From positions 1 through 55,624 of IMG/VR virus record IMGVR_UViG_3300049456_000112: a stretch of DNA of 55,624 nt; one strand, written 5' to 3'. Numbering within the stretch: position 1 is the stretch's first letter; each line of letters opens with the position of its first letter. Shown piece by piece: positions 9,537-18,846 of the stretch. This DNA comes from a virus (lineage: Duplodnaviria > Caudoviricetes). A program made the translations under genes and the position numbers. The notes under the pieces were generated by a model. It had not been told where the DNA came from. It worked only from the letters and a program-made list of their open reading frames with translations, and did not search any database.

Positions 9537-10385
9537 TTAGCCGGAGCGCCGGATCATCAACAGGACGCCGCCTACCTGTGGCAGGATGGAGAGCAGCAGC
9601 AGGCGCAGCATGGCGAAGTCGTCCCCGGTCGGCCGGATGGTACCGGCGCTGACCCATGCAACGATTCGGCGGGCCGCTTCGGTCTGGGGGTCCGCCGTCT
9701 GGCCGACCGCCGTTGTGATGGCATCCACGGCCTGCCGCCGCTCGTTTACCGCCGCCTCGCGCTCCCGGCAGAATTTGCCGACCCCGCCGCGACACTCCCG
9801 GTCACGTGACGCCATCGCATCGGCCAGGGCCGTTTGCGCCGAAGAAACGGCCGGCGTAACGCGTGATGCACGTGACGCCGTGACATCCGCGATGTTCAGG
9901 CTGGCGAATCCGACCCCGGCCATCACGGCGAAGGCGAAGGTCATGGCCCAGACCAGCCACGCGGCGAGCGCCGTGGCGCGCTGGCGCTTCTGCCAAGCGA
10001 GGGCGGCAACCGATGGCACGGCCAGGGCGACGCAATCGGCAGCCACGCCAACGGCGAGGAAGAGGTACCCTGCGATATCGGTGGACCCGAGCGAGCGGGC
10101 AAACCAGCCGTTCATGGTGATCCCGACCGCGCCGAGGCCGAGGGCCGACACGCCGAGCATGATGGATGCCGTCGATCGCCGTGACGCCGTGACGGGCACC
10201 GTGATAGACCGTGACGGTCGTGGCGTCACAGTCACGGTTGGAGACGCGAGTGTCGGCGGCGGCGGGACCAAGGTTCCGCCGTTTGCTTTCTTGCGCAGCC
10301 GGTACGCCCGGGCGCGCTCGGCCTGCGTCTTGGGCCGCTTGGGTTGAACGAGGGTGAGGATTGATGCAGAAGTGTCGTCAGCCAT
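9537..10385 (-). CDS. Membrane protein with basic N-terminal helix
   Basis: KTQAERARAYRLRKK, Thr/Val/Ser linker, 3-4 TM segments, CRGGVGKFCREREA; SD AAGGAG. Confidence 0.65.
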   Translation of the reverse strand: MADDTSASILTLVQPKRPKTQAERARAYRLRKKANGGTLVPPPPTLASPTVTVTPRPSRSITVPVTASRRSTASIMLGVSALGLGAVGITMNGWFARSLGSTDIAGYLFLAVGVAADCVALAVPSVAALAWQKRQRATALAAWLVWAMTFAFAVMAGVGFASLNIADVTASRASRVTPAVSSAQTALADAMASRDRECRGGVGKFCREREAAVNERRQAVDAITTAVGQTADPQTEAARRIVAWVSAGTIRPTGDDFAMLRLLLLSILPQVGGVLLMIRRSG

Positions 10386-10469
10386 AGAACCGCTCCTTCG
10401 GTTTGGTGGTTAGGCCGGGCGGCGTGCTTGAGACATGCCGTTCGGCCGATCAGGTTTATCGTGGTATTC

Positions 10470-12176
10470 TTATGCCGCTTGCATCCATCGGCCGAGGCCG
10501 ATTATATTAAGCTTTTGGTAACTCAATGTTGTCTCCGTGGCCAAAAACTTATTAGCGAGTCCCTCCTTTCCAAGCACTTCTTCAGGCGTTCGCATCTTCG
10601 GGAAGAAGTCCACCCCCATAATCGCCGAAAGCCGCGCATAGGGCGTTACCTCGACCGGGCGCCGCTTGCCGGTCACATGGACCACAACCCGATCGAAAAC
10701 GTTGCCGAAGGCGATCCGGAATGGCGCCATGGCAGCATCATCGAGCTTTGTGTCGGTTAGTGCACCATGGAGGGTCTCAAGGTTCTTGCGGAACCTCGTG
10801 ATGGCCTCGGGGTGCAGGATGATCACGTTGCCGTCGCCCTCACTCTGGCGAAGCTTTTCGGCCAGCCCGGCCCGCTCCAGTTCCAGCTTCTTCAGTTTAT
10901 CCATCAGCGGTTTGATCGGCGCGTCGCTATCGCTGATGGCGCTGACGATCCGGTCGACCTGAGCCGTGGCGCGGGTCAGCGCACGCTCGATCTCATCGCG
11001 GTCCCTGCCGGCGGCCTTCCGTCGCGCTGCCCATTCCTCATGGGCGCCCTTCGTGAAGGACATCAATGCATCCACATCAAGGTTGAGCTTGATCCCTTGA
11101 AGAACCGTGGCCTCGATCTGGATCAGATCGTAGCTCTTCGAATTGCTGCAGATGGCCCGGTCTCTGGCATTGCCGCAGCCGACACGCGGATTCTGCCCGG
11201 CCTGTGACCAGACGACTTTCATCATGCCGCCGCATGCGCCGCAGCAAAGTCGTCCTGCCAACATGTGCCGGTCTTTGGTCTTCTGCGTGACGCGGGGTCC
11301 CGAGATTTGGCGGGACCGAGCGGTTCGGAGCCGTTGCGCGCGATCCCATAAATCCTGGCCGATGATGCGAAGGTGTGGGATTTGAACGGTCAGCAGGTCC
11401 TCTGGATTGCCCTTGCGCTTGACACGCTTCTTGGTGTCCGGGTGAATCGCGGTGCGGTGGCTATTCCAGATTAGTTCGCCGATATAGATGCGGTTGCCAA
11501 TGATGCCCTTACCATTGCCGCTACCGGCAATGAAGGTCTGGTGATTCCACGCCGCGCCGCCCATTGGAGGCGGGATGCCATCGCGGTTCAGATCAGCAGC
11601 GATCTGTCGCAGCGGACGCTCATCGGCATATTCGCTGAAAATCCGCCTGACGACTTCCGATGTCTCGGGATCAAGCTCGCGCTCGCACGGCTTATCCGGC
11701 ACGGTGCGGTAGCCATAGGCAGGGCTGCCCGGGGTCAGGCCCTGCTGCACGCGGCCATCCCAGCCACGACGGACCTTGTCGCCGAGGTTCTTGCGGAACA
11801 TGCTGTCAACGATGCCGCTAACCCCGACATGCACTTCGCTGTTGATGCCGTTGAGGGTGATGATCTTCGTGTCATAGAAGTTCATCCGCTTGAAGATGTA
11901 TTGAATGTCTTCCGGATCGCGCGCCAGCCGATCGAGGGCCTCGGCGAAAACAGCCTGATAGCTGCCCTTCTTCACGTCGTTGAGGAGGGTCAGGACACCG
12001 TGGCGCTCGTCCATGGTGGCGCCCCACTTGGCGCGGTCGCTGTAGAACTGGATGATCTCATATCCATGTTGCCGAGCGAGCTTTTCGCATAGCAACTTCT
12101 GGTCATCGATGGAGCGCTCATCGGAGAGGTCGCTTGAAAACCTCGCGTATGCCGCCGCTGGTTTCAATGCCGTCAT
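10470..12176 (-). CDS. Large serine recombinase (integrase)
   Basis: YARFSS catalytic motif, LDRLAR, recombinase domain (YGY..PE..EVVRRIF..YA), zinc ribbon CGACGG.M, coiled coil. Confidence 0.95.
   Translation of the reverse strand: MTALKPAAAYARFSSDLSDERSIDDQKLLCEKLARQHGYEIIQFYSDRAKWGATMDERHGVLTLLNDVKKGSYQAVFAEALDRLARDPEDIQYIFKRMNFYDTKIITLNGINSEVHVGVSGIVDSMFRKNLGDKVRRGWDGRVQQGLTPGSPAYGYRTVPDKPCERELDPETSEVVRRIFSEYADERPLRQIAADLNRDGIPPPMGGAAWNHQTFIAGSGNGKGIIGNRIYIGELIWNSHRTAIHPDTKKRVKRKGNPEDLLTVQIPHLRIIGQDLWDRAQRLRTARSRQISGPRVTQKTKDRHMLAGRLCCGACGGMMKVVWSQAGQNPRVGCGNARDRAICSNSKSYDLIQIEATVLQGIKLNLDVDALMSFTKGAHEEWAARRKAAGRDRDEIERALTRATAQVDRIVSAISDSDAPIKPLMDKLKKLELERAGLAEKLRQSEGDGNVIILHPEAITRFRKNLETLHGALTDTKLDDAAMAPFRIAFGNVFDRVVVHVTGKRRPVEVTPYARLSAIMGVDFFPKMRTPEEVLGKEGLANKFLATETTLSYQKLNIIGLGRWMQAA
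10513..10546. other. Candidate attP-like imperfect inverted repeat within the integrase 3' end
   Basis: TTTTGGTAAC-N14-GTGGCCAAAA (8/10 inverted match) in an AT-rich patch. Confidence 0.35.
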
Positions 12177-12405
12177 TTGGTTCGGTACCCCCATGCTGGC
12201 GTTCCCATTCCTGAGCCGCCATCAGCCGGCCCAGTTCCCGCATCAGCGCCAACCAGTTTGCCCTTTGGCTCGGGTGCTCTGGGTTACGAGGGTCACCTGC
12301 GCCAAGGGGGCGCAGAACCCCCGTGGCCTTCTTGATTCGGGGACGCATTACGGTAATCCCGACATAAGTACAATTTTGGACTGTGTCAACTTGTTATGAC
12401 GTGTA

Positions 12406-12864
12406 TTAACCAGTTGACGCTACCTGCGGCGCGATCTTCCCCTTGAGCGTGGTGCACGTCTTGCGCACCTCTTCCGTCATCAAGGTAACGTCCTCGATCT
12501 GGAGGAAGATGCGCTTGCCCTCCTCGCGATAGTCTGCAGCAAGGTCCTTCACCTCGGCGACCATCTGATGCACACGCGACGTCATCGCCTCGCACCTCCT
12601 GGCCGCGTCCTGCAGTTCGGCGCCCATCGCCTCGATCTCCTTGGCAGCGGCCTCATAATCGCGCACCACGGCCTCGGCCGAGAGCTTGCCGATCTCAGTG
12701 GCGCCCTCGCGGTGCTCGGCATAGCTTGGCAATGGCAGCATCCGTATGGCCGGAGGGGCATATGGCGCGAACTCGTCAGCAAGACGAGAGCCACGCCATG
12801 GCGGCGCGGTCCGAAGGATTTCAGCGTCGATACTCTCCAGATCGAGCATCTTCGGGGTATTCAT
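12406..12864 (-). CDS. Hypothetical coiled-coil protein
   Basis: Start moved to ATG 12864 after AAGGAG; helical heptads. Confidence 0.65.
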   Translation of the reverse strand: MNTPKMLDLESIDAEILRTAPPWRGSRLADEFAPYAPPAIRMLPLPSYAEHREGATEIGKLSAEAVVRDYEAAAKEIEAMGAELQDAARRCEAMTSRVHQMVAEVKDLAADYREEGKRIFLQIEDVTLMTEEVRKTCTTLKGKIAPQVASTG

Positions 12865-13138
12865 CGGCAATCTCCTTGTTACGCTCCAGCAACATGACGC
12901 CGATCGCGCGGCGTCCCTTGATCTCGGTTTCATAGACGACAGATTCGTCAATGATCATCTGTCGATCCGGCGTCATGCCGGCGATCGTCGTATATTTTTC
13001 GTGGCGGACGACGCCATCGACCATGATGTATTCGATGCGGATGAAGTCGCCGGCCGCGAGAATCAGAGGCGGATCGAATTTGCGGCCGAGCTTCATCTTC
13101 ATGCCAGCACCGGCCCGATGGCGATGGCGCGATGCCAT
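12821..13138 (-). CDS. Hypothetical protein
   Basis: ORF fills the gap in the leftward operon; start uncertain. Confidence 0.45.
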   Translation of the reverse strand: MASRHRHRAGAGMKMKLGRKFDPPLILAAGDFIRIEYIMVDGVVRHEKYTTIAGMTPDRQMIIDESVVYETEIKGRRAIGVMLLERNKEIADEYPEDARSGEYRR

Positions 13139-13608
13139 TTCTTGGTCTGCCGTTTTTTTGGCCTCTTCCGTTGCAGCAGCACGAGGCCGTAATTCTGGGA
13201 GCAGCCGATCTCCCTGGCAAAATTTTTTGATCTGGCATAGCCGCCCTCGGCGGCGAGGCGCATCAATTCATCGCGTTGTGCAGGCGTCAACTTCATCTCA
13301 CTCCTCCGGGCCGGTAATGGCGGAACGGTCAATTGTGGATCGGTGGGGCGAAGCTTCAGCTTTCTTGTGCCCCGCTGCAGGTAATACAAAATCGTGGTGT
13401 GGTCCTTGCCGAGGATCGCAGCGATCCTCGGGGACGAATATTTGCGGTGAGCGAGCCGCCGGGTGACTTCGGCACGGGCAACAACGACCGCTCGCCAACG
13501 GCAATCGCCTACAATCATGTGCTGCGAAACGCCAAATTCCAACGCCACATCGGCGATGATCTGTTTGGCCTCCGGCGTCATCGCCGATGATGGTCCATAT
13601 GATCTCAT
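13099..13608 (-). CDS. DnaA C-terminal (Bac_DnaA_C) HTH-domain protein
   Basis: IIADVALEFGVS...IVG..R...VV.AR.......S.PRIAAILGKDHTTILY. Confidence 0.85.
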   Translation of the reverse strand: MRSYGPSSAMTPEAKQIIADVALEFGVSQHMIVGDCRWRAVVVARAEVTRRLAHRKYSSPRIAAILGKDHTTILYYLQRGTRKLKLRPTDPQLTVPPLPARRSEMKLTPAQRDELMRLAAEGGYARSKNFAREIGCSQNYGLVLLQRKRPKKRQTKKWHRAIAIGPVLA

Positions 13609-13787
13609 CCTTGTTGCTCCCACATCTTTCGCCGCGATCGGGGCAGGCCGAGCTTGATGGCGCGGCGCCGCAGCGTATACGGTCGGTGCCCCATCTTCGC
13701 AGCAATCTCGCGTTCGGTCATCTTGGTTGCCCAGAGTCGCCTGAGCATGCCATCGTCGATCGTCTTGCGCCGCCGCTTCGTCGTCAC
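13605..13787 (-). CDS. Small HTH protein (GcrA N-terminal-like)
   Basis: LRRLWAT.MTEREIAAKMG......RAIKLGL. Confidence 0.5.
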   Translation of the reverse strand: MTTKRRRKTIDDGMLRRLWATKMTEREIAAKMGHRPYTLRRRAIKLGLPRSRRKMWEQQG

Positions 13788-13945
13788 CTGCGCTCGCCCC
13801 TGCAATAGGCATCGATGTCCTTGTCGGAGAGCCCGTGATCGCGCATCTGCGCCCAGAACTCTTCCATCGTGATCTTGTCCTCACCGAACAGACGAAGCAG
13901 CTCGGACATGCGCTCGCGCCAGGAGAGCGCATCCTTCTTCGCCAT
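13784..13945 (-). CDS. Hypothetical 53-aa protein (not in ORF track)
   Basis: MAKKDALSWRERMSELLRLFGEDK...; coupled to both neighbours. Confidence 0.5.
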   Translation of the reverse strand: MAKKDALSWRERMSELLRLFGEDKITMEEFWAQMRDHGLSDKDIDAYCRGERR

Positions 13946-14568
13946 CAAGTTCCGCCTTTCTTCTTCGCCAGCTCGGCCTTCTCCTCATCGGAGAAGTCCA
14001 TCGTTGCACCGGTCGCCGCATATTGGGCGCGCTTGCTTGCCGACATCCGCGTCGAGTTGACCATCTGGCCCTGCGCCACGCTTGCGGTTGATCCGGCCAG
14101 ATTGCCGAGGCCCTGCGCCTGATGCCAATTGTCGAAGTCGACGCCGAGCATGATCACCTGCCAGCCCTTTCTTCGGCATTCGCCGAGCATGTGCTTGGCG
14201 ATCTTGCCATCGTGATCTTCCTTGCTCTGGTTCTCCTCGCCATCTGTCATGATGGTGATTGCGACCCTGTCGTAATTGGCGGCGAGCGCCATCGATGCGA
14301 TCTTGACCACCGCGTCGTTGAGCGGGGTGCCGCCGCGTGGCCTGCAATCCTTGTCGGTCACCGGATGCCACGTCGACGGGATGATGCGGTCGCGGATGAT
14401 CTCGAACTTGAAGACGCCAATATCGAAATCAAAGGTCGCCAGCGTGACGCCGGTGTCGACCTTGTCCTCCGCGAGCTTCGCGACGTAGGAGTTCACCGAC
14501 GAGAGCGCCTCGGCCCAGCGCTTGATCATGGAGCCGGAGCGGTCGAGCAGGATGTAATCATGTTGCAT
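13945..14568 (-). CDS. vWA domain protein
   Basis: ILLDRSGSM MIDAS motif, PRGGTPLNDA, IMTDGEENQSKE. Confidence 0.9.
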   Translation of the reverse strand: MQHDYILLDRSGSMIKRWAEALSSVNSYVAKLAEDKVDTGVTLATFDFDIGVFKFEIIRDRIIPSTWHPVTDKDCRPRGGTPLNDAVVKIASMALAANYDRVAITIMTDGEENQSKEDHDGKIAKHMLGECRRKGWQVIMLGVDFDNWHQAQGLGNLAGSTASVAQGQMVNSTRMSASKRAQYAATGATMDFSDEEKAELAKKKGGT

Positions 14569-14582
14569 TTGGACTTCCTTTG

Positions 14583-15557
14583 TTAGCTGACGGCCCATGG
14601 CGGCGAGGGCAGGCGGGAATCAAGATTCTCGGCCTTAAGACGACCCGCAAAGATCGTCTTCAGGCGCCGGTAGCAGGGCGCGCGGTGAAAATCGGTAAGC
14701 ACCCGGCCGCCAAGCCAATCCAGGTATTCCGGTTCAACCGAAAGCGACATCAGGCATTTCTTGAATTGCTCGGTGTTGACCACGACATATCGCTTCGTCG
14801 TGTTGGCATCGCGGTCCTGGTCGAGCACCATCCGGCGATAGAGCCACATACAGATGCCGATGTTGAGGCTGTTCCAGAGGCGCGCATAGTTGGCATCGCG
14901 GCCCCAAGCGGCATGTGCGACGTGAAGAAACTTGCAGAGGTTGGCGACCTCGCTATCATCAATGTCCTTGGCGATATGGGTGGCATTGACGCTCTGCGCA
15001 TTGCGTGTCGGCGTATCGGCTCGCGATCCGTTCCAGAGCCGGAGGACCGCGCTCATCGAGACAATCGATGTGTATTCGTTGCCCTTCCTGATCTGGTCAT
15101 AGCCGACAAAGGGGCATGTCGCGCGGATCACCTGCAAGGCGTGGGTCGACGCCTCAAGTCCGCGTAGGACGTCGTCTGGGCGCATGCGGACAAGAGATTG
15201 CTGCAGCAGAACAAACTCGTCCGCCATATCGGCCATGCTCTCGAACGTGCAGGTGCGCACGTCGGCGATGCATTCCGGCAATTCGCTTATCTTGAACGCC
15301 TCCAGGCGGTGCTGCCCATCCACGATGTAGGTCGCATTGGCGCCCTTGAGCGTGCCGAGCGTGATCACACCGGAGACAAAGCCGCCATTGGTTTTCAGGT
15401 CCTCGGCGAGCGCGCGGACCTTATCATTAATGCGGAGCGGGCGCTGAAACGCCGGGACGACCCAGCCCAGAACGCTCTCGCGGGAGATCAGCATCGTCTC
15501 CATCAAGGAGATTGCCGACTTCGGAATCTTGCGCGATGCCAGTTTGACCACGGCCAT
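14583..15557 (-). CDS. DGQHR (ParB/DndB-like) domain protein
   Basis: FQRPL and YIVDGQHRL motifs. Confidence 0.8.
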   Translation of the reverse strand: MAVVKLASRKIPKSAISLMETMLISRESVLGWVVPAFQRPLRINDKVRALAEDLKTNGGFVSGVITLGTLKGANATYIVDGQHRLEAFKISELPECIADVRTCTFESMADMADEFVLLQQSLVRMRPDDVLRGLEASTHALQVIRATCPFVGYDQIRKGNEYTSIVSMSAVLRLWNGSRADTPTRNAQSVNATHIAKDIDDSEVANLCKFLHVAHAAWGRDANYARLWNSLNIGICMWLYRRMVLDQDRDANTTKRYVVVNTEQFKKCLMSLSVEPEYLDWLGGRVLTDFHRAPCYRRLKTIFAGRLKAENLDSRLPSPPWAVS

Positions 15558-15569
15558 TGTCTTTCCCTG

Positions 15570-15812
15570 TTATGCGACGCGCCAGCAGCGATAGGTTTTC
15601 TTGATCGGATCGACGACACGGATCGTGAATTTGGCGGGCGGGTTGCGCTTTGCGAACTGGCATGCGGCAGAGCGGACTTTGTTCACGGTGCCGCTCTTCA
15701 CCCTGAAGCTGTTCCCGACTTCCATCTCGGCAAATTTGTAGCGCTCGATCAGCGTCTTCGGCGGCATCGGAATGCCGGTCTCAATGAGGGGATAGGCGCT
15801 TTCCTCTTTCAC
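15570..15812 (-). CDS. Small putative DNA-binding phage protein
   Basis: IETGIPMPP..RYKFAEMEVGNSF...RCWRVA. Confidence 0.65.
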   Translation of the reverse strand: MKEESAYPLIETGIPMPPKTLIERYKFAEMEVGNSFRVKSGTVNKVRSAACQFAKRNPPAKFTIRVVDPIKKTYRCWRVA

Positions 15813-16678
15813 GAGCTGCTCTCCATGACGGTGACCGCGCCGTCCGCCGGGGGCAGGGGAGCCATGACAGACGGCGCGGTCGACGTTCCGGACGCATCAC
15901 TAACCGGATCGTCACTGCCGGCAGTGACGCCGGCAGGATTGGAGAGATTGGCATCGACATGGCCGGCATCGAAGCCGCGCGACGATGCAATGCGGCGCTG
16001 GCCCTTCAGGCGTGCCGCGAGGCTTTCCTTCTGCGGCGTGACATCCTTCGGCTCGATAGGTTCGAACTCGTCCCTGTCGTAAACGCCAGCCAGGACCTCC
16101 GGGAAATGCCGGCGGCAAAAGCCGCGTGCGCCATAGTACCAAAGTTGCTGTTTCGGATCGTTGTCATAGAGCGGCGAGCCCTTGACCTTGCCGTAATCAT
16201 TGCGGCCCTTGATCGCGATCAGCTCCTTCAAGGTCGGCGTCTCGTAATCGAGTTCCTCGGTTTGCCCCTTCGGCAGGCCGAGGATCGTCGCCATCATCTG
16301 ATCGCCTTCGCCCGAGTAGACTGCGCGCAGTTTCTTCTGCAGCGGCGCGCGCGCGTTGATCACGGCAACGATGAGCTGCGCCATGAAGGCGATCTTCTCG
16401 GCGCCGGTCCTCGGGTCCTTAACGAGATAGCTCTGCTCGGCGACGAAGAACGGGTCCATGCCCCAGCGCACGGCGCGCACAACGCAGGCATAGCAAATGC
16501 CCGGCATTCCCTGCATGAACTGCGGCACTGCCGGCCCGGAGATCGCCATCAGCTTGGCCACCTCCATGGCGTCCACGAGCCGCTTGATCTCGATGCCGAA
16601 GCCCGCGTCATCAAGTTCGATGCCGCCGGTAACGACCTTGTCGATTTTTTCTTCGATTTTGTTGAGATCAAACGCCAC
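15809..16678 (-). CDS. recT: RecT-like single-strand annealing protein
   Basis: AVRWGMDPFFVAEQSY, AQLIVAVINARAP, PKQQLWYYGARGFCRRHFPEVLAGVY..DE; adjacent to exonuclease. Confidence 0.8.
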   Translation of the reverse strand: MAFDLNKIEEKIDKVVTGGIELDDAGFGIEIKRLVDAMEVAKLMAISGPAVPQFMQGMPGICYACVVRAVRWGMDPFFVAEQSYLVKDPRTGAEKIAFMAQLIVAVINARAPLQKKLRAVYSGEGDQMMATILGLPKGQTEELDYETPTLKELIAIKGRNDYGKVKGSPLYDNDPKQQLWYYGARGFCRRHFPEVLAGVYDRDEFEPIEPKDVTPQKESLAARLKGQRRIASSRGFDAGHVDANLSNPAGVTAGSDDPVSDASGTSTAPSVMAPLPPADGAVTVMESSS

Positions 16679-17620
16679 TTATGCTGCCTCCGCGATCTTC
16701 AATTGCTCATCGAGCACCTTGAGCCGGGTCTCGATGTACTCGGTCTCGGCCTTCGAAATGCCGAAGTACTCACCGGGCTCGCGCCCTGGCCCGGGCCATT
16801 GGCCCGCCTTCATGCACACGCTCATCAAGCGGAGCATGGCGCGGTTCTGCATGCGGCCGAGGGCGAGGTCCTCATCGGGAACCTCGATCACGCGCACGCA
16901 ATACGGCGACGTCTTCTCGACAAAGACCAATGCAAAGCCATCAAAGGGAAGGCCGAGCATCTCACACACTTCCCAGATCAGCGCGCCCTGCTGGTGATAG
17001 GCGTAGCTGCGAAGGCTGCCCTTCAGATCGAGATCGGCGGTGCTGACGGTGGTCTTCAGATCGGCATAGATGCCGTCCGCGCTCGGGATCACGTCAGGCC
17101 GGGCCTTAAGCCAGATGCCGGTATCGGGATCGCGGGCGATGAGCGTTTGCTCAACCGCTCCCTGGAGCAGATCGATCGCCTCCGGCTCGGCGGCGAGGCT
17201 CTTCGCCATGCCTCTGATGGCCTTTACATCGGCGGGCTTAAGCACTGTCCGGCCGGCAAGGGCCATCTGTTTTAGGAAGGCGCGGCATTCGAGCCGATTG
17301 CCTTGCCATGCCACGCCCGCGATCTTCTCGGGCCTCTCTATGAACGAAAGCGAAAAATCATCCTCGCCGAGATAGAGATGATGCGCGGCACGGCCGAGGG
17401 TGAACGCGTCGCTTTCATCCTCATCGTCAATATCGCGCAGCGGATTGTACGGCCACTTTGCATAGAAGTGCTTGGGCGATTTCCGCCAGAGCATGCGGAG
17501 TCCGCTTGAGGACACCGATGGCTCTTTGGTGATGTCCGCCGAGTGGTAAATCGGAAGCGGAATCGCATCGTACCACCCGGCCGCCGTCACCGGCAGCCTG
17601 TTCCATTTAAGACTCTGCAT
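16679..17620 (-). CDS. Exonuclease VIII-like PD-(D/E)XK nuclease (DUF3799)
   Basis: SSSGLR..SPKHF, LGRAAH, LKARPD...DLKTT, YHQQGA, FVEKTSPY. Confidence 0.9.
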   Translation of the reverse strand: MQSLKWNRLPVTAAGWYDAIPLPIYHSADITKEPSVSSSGLRMLWRKSPKHFYAKWPYNPLRDIDDEDESDAFTLGRAAHHLYLGEDDFSLSFIERPEKIAGVAWQGNRLECRAFLKQMALAGRTVLKPADVKAIRGMAKSLAAEPEAIDLLQGAVEQTLIARDPDTGIWLKARPDVIPSADGIYADLKTTVSTADLDLKGSLRSYAYHQQGALIWEVCEMLGLPFDGFALVFVEKTSPYCVRVIEVPDEDLALGRMQNRAMLRLMSVCMKAGQWPGPGREPGEYFGISKAETEYIETRLKVLDEQLKIAEAA

Positions 17621-17922
17621 CCGAATACTCACAACAAAAAACGGCGCGGCCTTTCTTTTGAGGCTCATTGCATTGCTGTGATAGTCCCAAATTTTACATC
17701 GGCCAAAATAATTTAAGTCAATCACCTAGCAGCATTAACTATAACTAATTGACGTAGTGACGCGGCGTTCGCGAATTTTCCTTCGATTAGTTACATCTCT
17801 TTGATGCGTCTCGTTTAACAAGCAGCTTTGTACCAAATGCACACTATAGGACGCTTGACCCGATTTGCGGTGCGCAGATAGCTATGCATGCGCATCGCGA
17901 TTTCCGAGGTTGTTGAGTTTGA

Positions 17923-18190
17923 GATGGGCGTCCCTGCTGCTCTGAAGCCGCCGCGCGATGCGACGCTTAATTACATCGCCGAAAAGAAACTCTGGGGCGC
18001 CGTGGCAGATGCCTGCGGAATCCAGGAGGGCGCCGTCCGTCTGTGGCGGCAGGTACCGGCCAAACGCGTGCTCCATGTCGAGCGCGCGCTCGGACGACCG
18101 CGCCATCTCATTCGACCCGACCTCTACGGCAAGCTGCCACCCAGGAAGAGAGTCAATCATGGCGAAGAAAGCAAACGACAACCCGAATGA
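17923..18190 (+). CDS. Cro/YdaS-like regulator
   Basis: AVADACGI..GAVRLWRQVPAKRVLHVERALG.PRHLIRPDLYG; start uncertain. Confidence 0.85.
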
Positions 18191-18548
18191 GCCCGATGCC
18201 GATGATGTGCGCGGCGCCGTCATCAACATCGAGCAAAGATACACCGAGCTTGCGAGCGAGCGCGGCAGCTACATGCTCAAGTGCCGCAGGATCAGGGAGG
18301 CGATGGCCGGCGATTATGAACACGCCGTCAATCGCGGGATTAGCAAGAAGCTCCTTAAGACCATCATCAAGGAACGTGAGCTGGAGCGCCGGATCGAGAA
18401 CCTCGCGGTTGATCTGGAGCCGGATGAGCGGAGCGAATTGGAGATGCTCGTGGAAAAATTGGGAGATTTTGGCAGCTTGCCATTGGGGCAGGCGGCAATC
18501 TCCCGCGCCGAGGGCGGTACCGATGCGCTGAAGCGAATGGGGGCTTGA
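18159..18548 (+). CDS. GapR/DUF2312-like nucleoid-associated protein
   Basis: Helical IEQ..EL......IRE...Y..A..RG...K.LKTIIKER and C-terminal LG...LPLGQAA. Confidence 0.55.
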   Translation: MAKKANDNPNEPDADDVRGAVINIEQRYTELASERGSYMLKCRRIREAMAGDYEHAVNRGISKKLLKTIIKERELERRIENLAVDLEPDERSELEMLVEKLGDFGSLPLGQAAISRAEGGTDALKRMGA

Positions 18549-18558
18549 AGTTGACCAG

Positions 18559-18643
18559 CGCGCCGCGCCTCATCGCTACTCTCTGCCCCGCGCCACCTCG
18601 CAACGCGACGCTCCGCAGCGCGCCGCAACGCTCCGCAACGCAA
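18559..18643 (+). repeat. Pentamer array A1 (17 x [C/T]NC-NN, mostly CGC-NN)
   Basis: CGCGC CGCGC CTCAT CGCTA CTCTC TGCCC CGCGC CACCT CGCAA CGCGA CGCTC CGCAG CGCGC CGCAA CGCTC CGCAA CGCAA. Confidence 0.95.
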
Positions 18644-18672
18644 GTTCAACGCCCTGACATCTAATTCCCTCT

Positions 18673-18727
18673 CACCGCGCACTGCGGCGCTCCGCGCCGC
18701 GACGCAGCGCAACGCAGCGCGACGTAA
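18673..18727 (+). repeat. Pentamer array A2 (10 units plus terminal CGT)
   Basis: CACCG CGCAC TGCGG CGCTC CGCGC CGCGA CGCAG CGCAA CGCAG CGCGA CGTAA. Confidence 0.9.
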
Positions 18728-18846
18728 ATTTCACCGAACAATAGGAGGCCATCGCCAGAAAAATCTGACTCCCTCTTTTTAAGGCCGCTTCGCACCGCCA
18801 ATCAATGGCATCCGCGAATAAACCCTTAGCAGAAAGAAAAATCTCG

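Noticed and set aside
15198-17275. Long plus-strand ORFs 15198..16082 and 15959..17275
   Set aside because: Antisense shadows of the DGQHR, RecT and exonuclease genes, which carry clear motifs.
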